A stretch of DNA of 30,971 bases. Origin: an uncultured Methanobrevibacter sp. GTDB lineage: Archaea; Methanobacteriota; Methanobacteria; Methanobacteriales; Methanobacteriaceae. The position numbers were made by a program, and so were the translations under genes. The stretch spans positions 1 through 30,971 of the forward strand of contig NZ_CACZTX010000014.1 in the NCBI RefSeq assembly GCF_902784195.1, written 5' to 3'. Below are positions 1 through 8,830 of the stretch, in pieces. The notes beneath the pieces are model-generated. The model was given only the letters and a program-made list of their open reading frames with translations, had not been told where the DNA came from and did not search any database. Position 1 is the first letter of the stretch, and every line of letters begins with the position of its first letter.

Positions 1-302
1 GCATGATTCAATTGGGCTATTGCAAAACAGTTTTCCTTGTGAATGGCATCTGTCAGTTTTTTAAAGCTGTCTATAACGGAATCATCTGCCATGGAAAGTT
101 GTCTTTGACTTGACTTGCCTTCTAAAGATATATAAGCATGTTCTGTAATTATAAGGCCAGTATATTCCGCTCTTTTCTTGTAGTAATCAATCAGTTCATC
201 ACTTGGCTTTCCTTCAATGCTCGCTTCCCTTGCCATAGGAGGCATAACTATACGATTTTTAAGGCAAATGTTTTTCAATTCTAATTTTTTTTCAAGCATC
301 AT
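1..302 (-). CDS. NADH:flavin oxidoreductase, Old Yellow Enzyme family (N-terminal 100 aa; rest of gene lies left of the window)
   Basis: Own translation of the minus strand from ATGATG at 302-297: MMLEKKLELKNICLKNRIVMPPMAREASIEGKPSDELIDYYKKRAEYTGLIITEHAYISLEGKSSQRQLSMADDSVIDSFKKLTDAIHKENCFAIAQLNHA. The LKNRIVMPPM, GLIITE and AQLNHA(G) motifs are characteristic of OYE-like FMN oxidoreductases. It is absent from the ORF track because no stop codon falls inside the window. Confidence 0.7.
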   Translation of the reverse strand, partial: MMLEKKLELKNICLKNRIVMPPMAREASIEGKPSDELIDYYKKRAEYTGLIITEHAYISLEGKSSQRQLSMADDSVIDSFKKLTDAIHKENCFAIAQLNH

Positions 303-379
303 TTTTTCACTTTTCTTTCAATAAATTTAATATATGACTTATCCATAATTATAATTACTTATTAATTTGAGCTGATATA

Positions 380-1177
380 ATGACTAAAAAAGCTATTGTA
401 TTCGATAACTCAGGAACATTATTGGAAAGGTTCAGGGTTATAAAGGATGTGTCTACAGGGGAATTTATTACTCATGTAAACTCTTTGGACTTGATTGACA
501 CTTGCTTGAATGCCGCACTTGTAGTTCTCCAATTCAATACAAGTCGTCTAAAGGACTTGGATCCAAATACATTGATAAGCGATTTTGTATTGGAAAACAA
601 CATAGAGTTTGACATCAGCTATTATTCAACAGAAGTTTCAAAAGAGGAAATCACAGCTATTCTGGAGAAGGATACAGCGGTCATCAAGGACATTACAGAC
701 ACTTTCCCACTATTGAAGGAAAGGGTTCCACATATGGAATTATGCAACGGTTCAGCTGTCATTATAGACATTGCAGAAGAGAGAATAGCTTACACTATAA
801 CATCTGCTGGCCAATTGTTCGGCGGTGTCAAGGACACAATAGCCAAGCTTCAGGATAAGGACATAGATGTTTTCATTGCTTCAGGTGACAGATCTGGTGC
901 TATCAAAAAGCTTGCAAACATCACTGGAATACCTGAAGACCATGCTTTTGCTACAGCAAGCACACATAGAAAAGCGGAAATTGTCTCAAAACTTCAGGAT
1001 GAAGGCTATAAAGTCATGATGGTTGGTGATGGCCCAAATGACATTTTGGCATTTGAGCAAGCGGACAGCGCTGTTTTAACAACTGAACAGAAAGATGGCG
1101 ATTTTCCAGATAAATTAAAAGGATATGCTGATTTTGTAATAGAAGACATTTCAGAAGTTCTTCAAATTGATTTTTAG
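380..1177 (+). CDS. HAD-superfamily hydrolase, soluble P-type-ATPase-like subgroup
   Basis: 265-aa ORF. It has the N-terminal nucleophile motif IVFDNSGTL, an ASGDR motif and the C-terminal MVGDGPNDILAF motif, as in the HAD/P-type ATPase catalytic core. There are no membrane segments. A GCTGAT SD-like element lies 3 nt before the ATG. Confidence 0.75.
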   Translation: MTKKAIVFDNSGTLLERFRVIKDVSTGEFITHVNSLDLIDTCLNAALVVLQFNTSRLKDLDPNTLISDFVLENNIEFDISYYSTEVSKEEITAILEKDTAVIKDITDTFPLLKERVPHMELCNGSAVIIDIAEERIAYTITSAGQLFGGVKDTIAKLQDKDIDVFIASGDRSGAIKKLANITGIPEDHAFATASTHRKAEIVSKLQDEGYKVMMVGDGPNDILAFEQADSAVLTTEQKDGDFPDKLKGYADFVIEDISEVLQIDF

Positions 1178-1222
1178 ACTAGCTATTTTAAGTTCTTATA
1201 CCTAGCCAAATTTTTTCTATTT

Positions 1223-1981
1223 TTACTTATTTTCACTTAAGAAATCCTCTATTACCTTTTTGCTTTTCATCACATTATCGAAATTATTCAATTCAATGAT
1301 TCCATTTTTCACATATTTCAATAAGTTCAAGTCAAGGGTACCGTCACCGATTGCTTGATGCTTATCCTTTATTCCATCATTGTCATTTATATGGTTATAT
1401 AGGATATTAGGAATCTTGAAGAAACTTTCCTGATCTTCGCATGTATTGACATGGCCTAAATCTATTGTAATGTTACAACCTGTCTCATTGGTAAGGTTTT
1501 CCAATTCATAGGCACGGTTTCCAAGATAGGAAAAGCGTTCTGGCATGTTTTCTATGGATATTTTAGCTTCCTTGTCCTCTGCATAAGCCACCAGTTCATG
1601 GGTTGTTTCAGTCAAGAATTCTAGTGCCATATCCCTTAGGTACTTTTCAGGCCTTCCTATTTTACCAGGGTGCGCTGTAATTCCGATAGCACCTATCTCA
1701 TCAGCAAGGTCAAGGCAATCCTTTGTCTGTTTCACAGACTCCTTACGTATTCCCGGATTAAGGCTTGCAAGGTTAATGTCAACATTCACTGCATGCATGT
1801 AGATATCCAAGTCATATGAGTGAAATACTTCAGTGATTTCCTTGTTTCCAAGCATTTCATCAGGTCTATATGGGCCTTCAGCCAATAGTTCAACACTATC
1901 AAAGCCATTTTCTACTGCTATATCAAGCATTTCATTTACATCTTTCATGAAAAGTGAAAGAAGTGAAAATCCTAATTTCAT
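1223..1981 (-). CDS. sugar phosphate isomerase/epimerase, xylose-isomerase-like TIM barrel (AP endonuclease 2 family)
   Basis: 252-aa ORF with spaced metal-ligand style motifs YMHAVNVD, ITAHPG, SIENM, IDLGH and HINDNDG, typical of this TIM-barrel family. GGGGAT SD precedes the ATG. Confidence 0.65.
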   Translation of the reverse strand: MKLGFSLLSLFMKDVNEMLDIAVENGFDSVELLAEGPYRPDEMLGNKEITEVFHSYDLDIYMHAVNVDINLASLNPGIRKESVKQTKDCLDLADEIGAIGITAHPGKIGRPEKYLRDMALEFLTETTHELVAYAEDKEAKISIENMPERFSYLGNRAYELENLTNETGCNITIDLGHVNTCEDQESFFKIPNILYNHINDNDGIKDKHQAIGDGTLDLNLLKYVKNGIIELNNFDNVMKSKKVIEDFLSENK

Positions 1982-2170
1982 TTCAATCCCCGTGTTGTAA
2001 TTTAGTATAAATTATTTTTTATTTAAATTAAAATTAGCTATTAAAAAATTTTTAAAATTTTCATCTTTTTCATTGATAGATAATGGAATCAATTAAGATT
2101 CCAATCATCTACCAATCCTTTGATTTATTGATGTTATGTGGATAATCATAATTTAGATTTAGTAAGTATC

Positions 2171-2815
2171 TTACAAATGATTAAACAATGTCCAAATTTC
2201 AGGATACTTTTCAGCTATTGCAGCATCTATCAAGTCTGATGCTTCACTGCTTATGCTGAATTCAGGTTCGGTTTTTCTCAAGTACCTTAGTACAGCTGCT
2301 GATTTTGCTGACCATAAAGTGATTCTTGGGTTTTTTTCCACAGTTTCGATGACTTCATCTACTAGTTTCTCTTCTTTTTCTGAGAGAAGACTACCAACTT
2401 CTTTTATATCATCAGAAGCTTCAATTATTTCACTACTTGCATCAGTTTCTTCATTTAAATTAACTGTAGAATCAATATTTTCTACACTTTTTTCTGAACT
2501 GATTTTTTCTTCAGTTTTTATCTCATCATCTTCCACTTTTTCATCGTCATTGAAGAAAACATTTGTGTACTCGGATGAGTCTTTAGGTTTTTCATCTTCA
2601 ACATCTGCTGATTTTTCTAAAACTTGAAGTTCATCTTCACCATCAAATTCCTCTTCAACTTCTTCCACCAGTTCTTCAAATGTTTTTGACTCATCTTCGG
2701 ATTCCCTTAATAAATCTTCAAGACTAATGCCCTCTTCGACTTCTGTCTCTTCGATCTTTGGAATCAATGAATCCAATCCTCTTCCTAATCCTGTATTCTT
2801 TTCCTTTTTAGCCAT
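2171..2815 (-). CDS. ParA partner protein: ParB-type N-terminal peptide + long acidic linker + small C-terminal RHH-like domain (SegB/ParB-adaptor-like)
   Basis: 214-aa ORF, 89 bp downstream of and co-oriented with the ParA gene. The N-terminus MAKKEKNTGLGRGLDSLIPK closely resembles the ParA-stimulating N-terminal peptide of bacterial ParB/Spo0J (GLGRGLxALLP). Residues ~25-160 are E/D/S-rich low complexity. The last ~55 aa (NPRITLWSAKSAAVLRYLRKTEPEFSISSEASDLIDAAIAEKYPEIW) have a strand-helix-helix pattern. No ParB HTH or GERRxR box is visible. Confidence 0.5.
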   Translation of the reverse strand: MAKKEKNTGLGRGLDSLIPKIEETEVEEGISLEDLLRESEDESKTFEELVEEVEEEFDGEDELQVLEKSADVEDEKPKDSSEYTNVFFNDDEKVEDDEIKTEEKISSEKSVENIDSTVNLNEETDASSEIIEASDDIKEVGSLLSEKEEKLVDEVIETVEKNPRITLWSAKSAAVLRYLRKTEPEFSISSEASDLIDAAIAEKYPEIWTLFNHL

Positions 2816-2904
2816 TTTACCAAACCCTTTCGTGTTTAAAATTTAAAATTTAATTATAATTCATAATCATCAAAATCATTGTTCTAAATCAATATATCCT
2901 CTCT

Positions 2905-3690
2905 TTATTTTCCATCTCTTTCCAATATTTCCTTAGCAAGTTTCAAGTAAGCTATTGCTCCTTTACTTTCTGGATCATAGACAATACATGGTTTTCCATA
3001 ACTAGGAGCTTCTGCCAAACGTATGTTCCTTGGAATTACTGTATTGAATACATATTCCTTGTCCTTGAAGTATTTTTTTAGTTCGGAATAGACTTCCCTT
3101 CCTAACCGGGTTCTTGCATCATACAGTGTTAGAAGTATTCCCTTGATAGGTGTTGGGCTTCTTAATCTAGTTTCCACAAGCTTGATTGTATTCATTAAAT
3201 CCGCTAATCCTTCAAGTGCAAAGTATTCCGCTTGAATTGGTATCAATACGCTGTCTGCTGCTATCAATGAATTTATTGTAATTATTCCTAGAGATGGTGG
3301 CAGGTCTATAATAATGTAATCAAAAATGCCTTTAATCGGTTCAAGTAAGTTTTTCAATGCTATATGATAGTTAGCTTCCTTGCTTAATTCCACTTCGATA
3401 CCACTTAAGTCGATATTGCTTGGTAGTATGAATAGGTTTTCAATTTTAGTAGGAATTGTTGCTTTTTGAACGCTGCATTCGTTTACTAAAGCAGTGTATA
3501 CTGTCTTCTTGATTTCTGTTTTATTTATCCCAAAACTTGTGGTAGCATTAGCTTGAGGATCCATGTCAACTACAAGCACTGCCTTTCCCATTGCAGCAAG
3601 TGATGTTGCCAAATTAACTACTGTTGTAGTCTTACCACATCCGCCTTTTTGATTCATTACGGCACTTAGAAGTTTTTTCTTAGCACTTAT
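2905..3690 (-). CDS. parA: ParA/Soj-family (SegA-like) partition ATPase
   Basis: Deviant Walker A NQKGGCGKTT, DMDPQ, Walker B IIIDLPP, and C-terminal RLAEAPSYGKPCIVYDPESKGAIAYLKLAKEI as in Soj/ParA. The ORF-track ATG (3657) lies one residue before the P-loop and would delete strand beta1. The frame stays open upstream (ISAKKKLLSAV), so I extend to ATA at 3690-3688, just after a GTGAC SD-like element. The family call is firm; the start is uncertain. Confidence 0.85.
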   Translation of the reverse strand: MSAKKKLLSAVMNQKGGCGKTTTVVNLATSLAAMGKAVLVVDMDPQANATTSFGINKTEIKKTVYTALVNECSVQKATIPTKIENLFILPSNIDLSGIEVELSKEANYHIALKNLLEPIKGIFDYIIIDLPPSLGIITINSLIAADSVLIPIQAEYFALEGLADLMNTIKLVETRLRSPTPIKGILLTLYDARTRLGREVYSELKKYFKDKEYVFNTVIPRNIRLAEAPSYGKPCIVYDPESKGAIAYLKLAKEILERDGK

Positions 3691-3710
3691 TAGTCACAAC
3701 CTCATAGTTA

Positions 3711-3975
3711 TTACTTATATATTATAATTTATAAGTTATACTATATAAGTTTTAAGTTATATCTTATTACTTTTACTTTATAATTTATCATTTATAAGTT
3801 TTTACTTTTAACTTATTTCTTATAATTTTATAAGTTATTAGTTATAACTTATAACTTATAACTAAAAATTATCATAAGAAATAAGAAAAATATAAGAAAA
3901 AATACCTAAAAATAGATGAAAATATTAGAAAAATTCATTAAAAAGAGAGAGAAGTTATCACTTATAAGTGATAAC
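3711..3975. repeat. array of ATAAGTTAT/ATAACTTAT-core repeats with (TTATAAC)x3 and a perfect 22-bp palindrome; candidate centromere/operator upstream of parA
   Basis: TATAAGTT cores occur at 3730-3740, 3745-3752, 3793-3800 and 3829-3838, with TTAAGTTATA at 3752-3761. The inverse ACTTATA occurs at 3713-3719 and AACTTAT at 3810-3816. Three perfect tandem TTATAAC heptamers lie at 3842-3862. GTTATCACTTATAAGTGATAAC at 3954-3975 is its own reverse complement. Confidence 0.5.
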
Positions 3976-4054
3976 AAGAGTTTTTGTTTGTATAAAATCA
4001 GTATTCTATGTAAAAAACAATAAAAAATAAGAAAAAAATAATGGATAAGGAAAT

Positions 4055-5356
4055 CTATTTTGAGTTTTCCATAGATCCATCCATATAACTTGCATAACCT
4101 TTAAAGTCCATTAAACCATGGCCAGAGAAGTTAACAACAATAGTTTTTTCTTCACCAGTTTCCTTACATTTTTTAGCTTCATCAATAGCTGCCTTGATTG
4201 CATGGTTTGTTTCAGGTGCTGGAATGATTCCTTCGCACATTGCAAACATTTTACCTGCTGCAAATACATCTCTTTGGTGAACAGCTACAGGTTTGATGTA
4301 GCCTAAGTCTCTAAGCAAGGACACTTGTGTGTTCATACCGTGGTATCTAAGTCCACCTGCATGTACAGAAGGAGCAACGAAGTTGTGTCCTAATGTAAAC
4401 ATCTTCAAGAGAGGAGTGAATCCAACTTCATCACCAAAGTCGTATCTGTATTCCCCTTGAGTCAAAGTAGGACATGCAGAAGGCTCTACAGCTATGAATT
4501 CAGTATCAGAATTGCCTTGGATCTTGTCTTTAATGAATGGGAACAATGACCCACCAAAGTTACTTCCTCCACCAACACAAGCAATCATAGTGTCTGGCTC
4601 TTCTTCAACTTTTTCAAGTTGCAATTTAATTTCCTGACCGATTGTAGTTTGATGCAAGATAACGTGGTTCAATACACTTCCTAATGTGTATTTTACCTTA
4701 TCATCAGTCAAAGCATCCTCTACAGCTTCAGAAATAGCTATTCCAAGGGAACCTGGAGTGTCTGGATTTTCTGCAAGAACTTTTCTACCCACTTCAGTAT
4801 GTTCACTTGGGGAAGCATGAACCTCTCCGTCATACAATTGCATGATTGTTTTTCTGAAAGGCTTTTGGTCATATGAAACCCTTACCATATAAACGGTACA
4901 ATCGATTCCCATCATGGAAGCTGCAAGGGATAATGCAGTACCCCATTGTCCTGCACCGGTTTCTGTGGTAATTCTTTCAATGCCTTCCTTTTTAGCATAG
5001 TATGCTTGAGCTATTGCACTGTTTAGCTTGTGACTTCCTGTAGGAGATGTATCTTCCCGCTTATAATAGATTTTTGCGGGCGTATTAAGTTTTTCTTCCA
5101 ATCCTCTTGCTCTAACTAAAGGAGTAGGTCTTCCTAATCTTTGGTAGAGTTCCCTTACTTCTTTTGGGATACTGATGTATCTGTCAGTAGCGAACTCTTG
5201 ATTAAGACATTCGTTTACGAATATTTGAGGTAATGTGCTTATTTGATCCTTTCCTTCACTGTTTTTAGGAGCAGGAAGTTCTACAGGTAAATCAGCGTTA
5301 ATATTGTACCATTTGGTTGGTACTTCGTCATTGGATAAATCAATTCTGTATTGCAT
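4055..5356 (-). CDS. trpB: tryptophan synthase beta chain-like protein, TrpB2 type (PLP-dependent), stand-alone
   Basis: 433-aa ORF. It has the PLP-lysine motif TGSHKLNSA, ETGAGQWGTALS, GGGSNFGG and the N-terminal extension typical of TrpB2. GTGATATTATG start context. No other trp genes are adjacent. Confidence 0.85.
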   Translation of the reverse strand: MQYRIDLSNDEVPTKWYNINADLPVELPAPKNSEGKDQISTLPQIFVNECLNQEFATDRYISIPKEVRELYQRLGRPTPLVRARGLEEKLNTPAKIYYKREDTSPTGSHKLNSAIAQAYYAKKEGIERITTETGAGQWGTALSLAASMMGIDCTVYMVRVSYDQKPFRKTIMQLYDGEVHASPSEHTEVGRKVLAENPDTPGSLGIAISEAVEDALTDDKVKYTLGSVLNHVILHQTTIGQEIKLQLEKVEEEPDTMIACVGGGSNFGGSLFPFIKDKIQGNSDTEFIAVEPSACPTLTQGEYRYDFGDEVGFTPLLKMFTLGHNFVAPSVHAGGLRYHGMNTQVSLLRDLGYIKPVAVHQRDVFAAGKMFAMCEGIIPAPETNHAIKAAIDEAKKCKETGEEKTIVVNFSGHGLMDFKGYASYMDGSMENSK

Positions 5357-5634
5357 AATATCACTTTTTGTTTTTTAAATAATCTATTGTAAAAATTTTT
5401 TAAGAATGTCCTTTAATCATTCTGTACTAATATTATGTATAATGTACTATATAAAGCTTTGTAGTACATATTTGTACATTAAAGAACTTAAATATTAATC
5501 TCTTTAAGTTATATTTCTACCATTATTTTTAAGAAAAAACAAATATTTAGGCATTATTTTTCACTTTAATGATTTTTATTCATTTTTTCATCAATTCAAA
5601 AAAATTTAAATATTTACAAAATAAATAAAAAACT

Positions 5635-6693
5635 ATGAAAATTTTAGCTATTGATGTAGGAACCGGTACTGAAGACATTCTATTGTATGACAGTGAAAAA
5701 GAGATTGAAAATTCAATGAAATTGGTCATCCCTTCTCCTCATTTAACCATTGGCCAGATGATATCCGAATGCGAAAGTGACATTTACTTTGACGGCGTCA
5801 TTATGGGTGGGGGAAAGATCAAGGATAGATGTCTTGAACATATGGAAAAAGGATATAAAGTTGCTTTTGAGGATTTGGCAGCAAGAACCATCCGTGACAA
5901 TATAGATCAGGTAAAGTCATATGGGTTTGAAGTTGTTGAAGAAAATGCTTATGAAAAGGATTCTGCCTATTCAAATTATACAAAAATTTCATTAAAAGAT
6001 GTGGATGTAAACCATTTGATTGAGATATTCTCTTCATTTGACCTAGACTTGAAGGTTGATGAGCTTATAGTGGCTGTTCAAGATCATGGATACAGTGAGG
6101 ATATGGGGGATAGGGACTTTAGATTCGAGAAAATCAAGGAAAAGCTTCCAGAACCTAAAGAGCCTGAAACATTTGCAATGGAAGCTGAAAAAGTTCCTGA
6201 ATACTTTACAAGGATGCAATCTGTAATAAAGTCATTAGCTAAAGATAATCCTGAATTTAAGCCGGTTCTCATGGATACAAAATTTGCATCAATCGCTGGT
6301 GTATGCTACGATAAGGAAGTTCTAAAGTTAAACAGCTTTGTTGTTATGGATATAGGAAACGGCCATACTACTGTAGCATCAATTGAAGACGGTAAAATAC
6401 AAGGTGTATTCGAGCACCACACAAGAGATTTAACTTCTCAAAGACTTGAAGAACTCGTTTTAGCCCTTGCTGACGGAACAATTAAGCATGAGGATGTCCA
6501 TGGTGAAGGAGGTCATGGTGCATTTGCATTGAATCCTATTTCAAAATTGGAAAAGGTTATTGTTGCAGGTCCAAAAAGAGCATTGATTGAAGGAACAGAT
6601 CTTGATTATTATCATGCAGCTCCCGGTGGAGATGTTATGATGACTGGAACTGTTGGCCTTGTAAAGTCAATGGAATTCTTAAGAAAAAAATAA
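5635..6693 (+). CDS. ASKHA (actin-like ATPase) fold protein, DUF1786-like
   Basis: 352-aa ORF starting MKILAIDVGTGTEDILLYD (phosphate-1 DxGxGT motif), with a second motif VVMDIGNGHTTV. It resembles the archaeal DUF1786 family; the family name is from memory and not searched. Confidence 0.5.
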   Translation: MKILAIDVGTGTEDILLYDSEKEIENSMKLVIPSPHLTIGQMISECESDIYFDGVIMGGGKIKDRCLEHMEKGYKVAFEDLAARTIRDNIDQVKSYGFEVVEENAYEKDSAYSNYTKISLKDVDVNHLIEIFSSFDLDLKVDELIVAVQDHGYSEDMGDRDFRFEKIKEKLPEPKEPETFAMEAEKVPEYFTRMQSVIKSLAKDNPEFKPVLMDTKFASIAGVCYDKEVLKLNSFVVMDIGNGHTTVASIEDGKIQGVFEHHTRDLTSQRLEELVLALADGTIKHEDVHGEGGHGAFALNPISKLEKVIVAGPKRALIEGTDLDYYHAAPGGDVMMTGTVGLVKSMEFLRKK

Positions 6694-7067
6694 AATTTAT
6701 ATATTTATTATAATCATTATAATATAGTTAGATTCAATTTTACATTTAATAATAATTTAATAAAATCTTATAAAATCAATGTATTTACATACATTTTTCT
6801 TATTTTTCTATTTTTTCTTATCACTTTTATTCTTTATTCAGTAATTTTATTCTAATATTTTCTCATTTCCTAGTAACTTTTTTATTTTTCCTTGCAACTT
6901 TTTTCTAGTATACAGTAAATTTTTTTTCAAGATATTTTTAGTTTTTTGAAATTTTTCACTGATATTTATGGATATATAAAAAAAGTTTATAATGGATTAA
7001 TGCTAATATAACAATTGATAATATTAATCAATAGTAATTTTATTTTATACAATAAACGAGGCATAAT

Positions 7068-7733
7068 ATGAAATTTGATCCGCATATCCATAGTGTTTAT
7101 TCAGGTGATTCCCGTTCAGAAGTTATCGATATTTTGATCCAAGCTGAAAAGAAAGGTTTAGATGCTATTGCAATCAGTGATCATAATGAGATAAAAGGCT
7201 CAAGACTTGCTAGGTCTTATGGCGGAAGCATTATTGTAGTTCCATCAATAGAAATTTCATCCGACAAAGGCCATATTTTAGGATTAGGTGTAGATGAAAT
7301 AATTCCAAAAGGATTGTCTGCTGTAGAAACTGTAGACCGGATCCATGATGCAGGTGGACTAGCTATTGTTCCTCATCCGTTTTCATATTATAGGCATGGT
7401 CTTTTCTGCAAGGTTGACAAGAATCTCAGTGTGGATGGAGTGGAAACAAAAAATGCGAGATACATTTTCGGATACTCCAACAAGCAGGCAGAAACTTTGG
7501 CATACAATAAAAGACTTGCAACTTTAGGTGCCAGTGACTCTCATTTTCTCAAATCTGTAGGAGATGCATTCACTGAAGTCAATACCAAGGGAAATGATTC
7601 TGTAGATGGAATCCTAAAAGCAATTAAGCATAGACGTTGCAAGGCAATGGGTCATAGGACAAGCAATTTCCTGATAGCTAAGGAAGTCTTTGTAAAAAAA
7701 GTCCTTAGAAGATATCCTAAAAGAGAAGAGTAA
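7068..7733 (+). CDS. PHP-domain metal-dependent phosphoesterase
   Basis: 221-aa ORF. Motifs MKFDPHIHSVYSGDS (HxH), AISDHN, EISS..GHILG, VPHPF and GASDSH form the PHP motif series. Confidence 0.8.
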   Translation: MKFDPHIHSVYSGDSRSEVIDILIQAEKKGLDAIAISDHNEIKGSRLARSYGGSIIVVPSIEISSDKGHILGLGVDEIIPKGLSAVETVDRIHDAGGLAIVPHPFSYYRHGLFCKVDKNLSVDGVETKNARYIFGYSNKQAETLAYNKRLATLGASDSHFLKSVGDAFTEVNTKGNDSVDGILKAIKHRRCKAMGHRTSNFLIAKEVFVKKVLRRYPKREE

Positions 7734-7769
7734 TTGAAATCATAATTGATATGGATATGTGATGATAAT

Positions 7770-8627
7770 ATGCCTACTGTAGACACTTTTCTTCCAGATA
7801 TTATACAAACTACTTTTTTCTCTGGATACACTGTTTTCAATACAATAGTCTATACACTAATTTTAGTGATCTTCATATTGGCAATCATTAAAATGTTTAA
7901 GAAGTTGGAGATTGATCCGCTTTCAATTTTCTATTCAATCATTCCATTTATTTTTCTGGGATCTTCAACTCGAGCTTTAGTGGATAATGGAATTCTTCTA
8001 AAAACTGTTTTTCTAATCACCCCTGGACTTTACATTCTTATAGGATTGATAACAATAGTATCATTTTTATTTTCCATTTATCTATTCAATAAAAAAGGAA
8101 TTGATTATAGATATTCATTATTTTCCTTAGGTGTGATCTTTTCATTGCCTAATATAATATTTTTTTCAAATGTAAATTACACTGCACTGATTAATGTCAT
8201 CTTGACATGGATATTGTCATCATTGATATTTATTGGAATCGTGTTTTTAGTTTTATACATTCGAAACAATATTTTCAAAACTGAGGATAAGATCAATCTT
8301 TCAAAGTTCATTGAAAAAATAAAAAAATATAAAATTAATTTTTCCATTGTGCTTGCACATTTGTTCGATGCATCAACAACATATGTTGCTGTAGAATACT
8401 TCAATTATGTGGAACAGCATGTTTTACCAAATGCTATAAATCAGCTATTCGATACATATCTTACATTATTTCCTATGAAAATTATAGTCATAGTTGCAGT
8501 ATTATACATAATCGACCAATATTTCGATGACTTAACAATCAAAAATCTATTAAAATTAACAGTATTTGTATTAGGATTAGCACCAGGATTAAGGAATATT
8601 TTGACATTAATTCTTGGTACTGTATGA
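7770..8627 (+). CDS. polytopic membrane protein, DUF63-like
   Basis: The ORF track gives 7746-8627 from a TTG. I prefer ATG 7770 (MPTVDTF...), preceded by GTGAT. About 8 hydrophobic helices are visible. It lies 13-37 nt after the PHP gene on the same strand. The DUF63 assignment is from memory of archaeal membrane families. Confidence 0.5.
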   Translation: MPTVDTFLPDIIQTTFFSGYTVFNTIVYTLILVIFILAIIKMFKKLEIDPLSIFYSIIPFIFLGSSTRALVDNGILLKTVFLITPGLYILIGLITIVSFLFSIYLFNKKGIDYRYSLFSLGVIFSLPNIIFFSNVNYTALINVILTWILSSLIFIGIVFLVLYIRNNIFKTEDKINLSKFIEKIKKYKINFSIVLAHLFDASTTYVAVEYFNYVEQHVLPNAINQLFDTYLTLFPMKIIVIVAVLYIIDQYFDDLTIKNLLKLTVFVLGLAPGLRNILTLILGTV

Positions 8628-8830
8628 TTGAAATTTTATGAAAATTTAAAAAATTTTTCTTCAAGTTTCGAAAAATATTTTTTTTCAAATTTTATAATAT
8701 ATATTTTTAAAAATAGTAAAAAAGATTAAAAAAATAATAAATGAAAAAAGATGAAAAATAATAAAAAATAAAAAAATGTAAAAGAAGAAAAAATAGTAAA
8801 ATGAAAAATTGTTTAAAAAATAAAAAAAGT

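Noticed and set aside
2084-2101. GGAATC-AATTAA-GATTCC hairpin downstream of the ParA partner gene as a terminator
   Set aside because: The stem is only 6 bp and is not followed by an oligo-T run on the transcribed (minus) strand, so it is not convincing.
2253-2627. 124-aa plus-strand ORF rich in Ser/Phe
   Set aside because: It is the antisense mirror of the poly-acidic linker of the ParA partner gene (GAA/GAT codons read as TTC/ATC). It has low complexity and no start context.
3694-3696. in-frame TGA upstream of ParA as a selenocysteine or readthrough codon
   Set aside because: There is no SECIS-like structure nearby, and Methanobacteriales are not known to encode the Sec machinery. An ATA start or a lesion is the simpler explanation.
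3842-3862. possibility that the tandem repeats (here, 11751-11798, and 14137-14173) are CRISPR arrays
   Set aside because: The units are 7-17 bp and directly abutting, with no unique spacers and no cas genes in the window.
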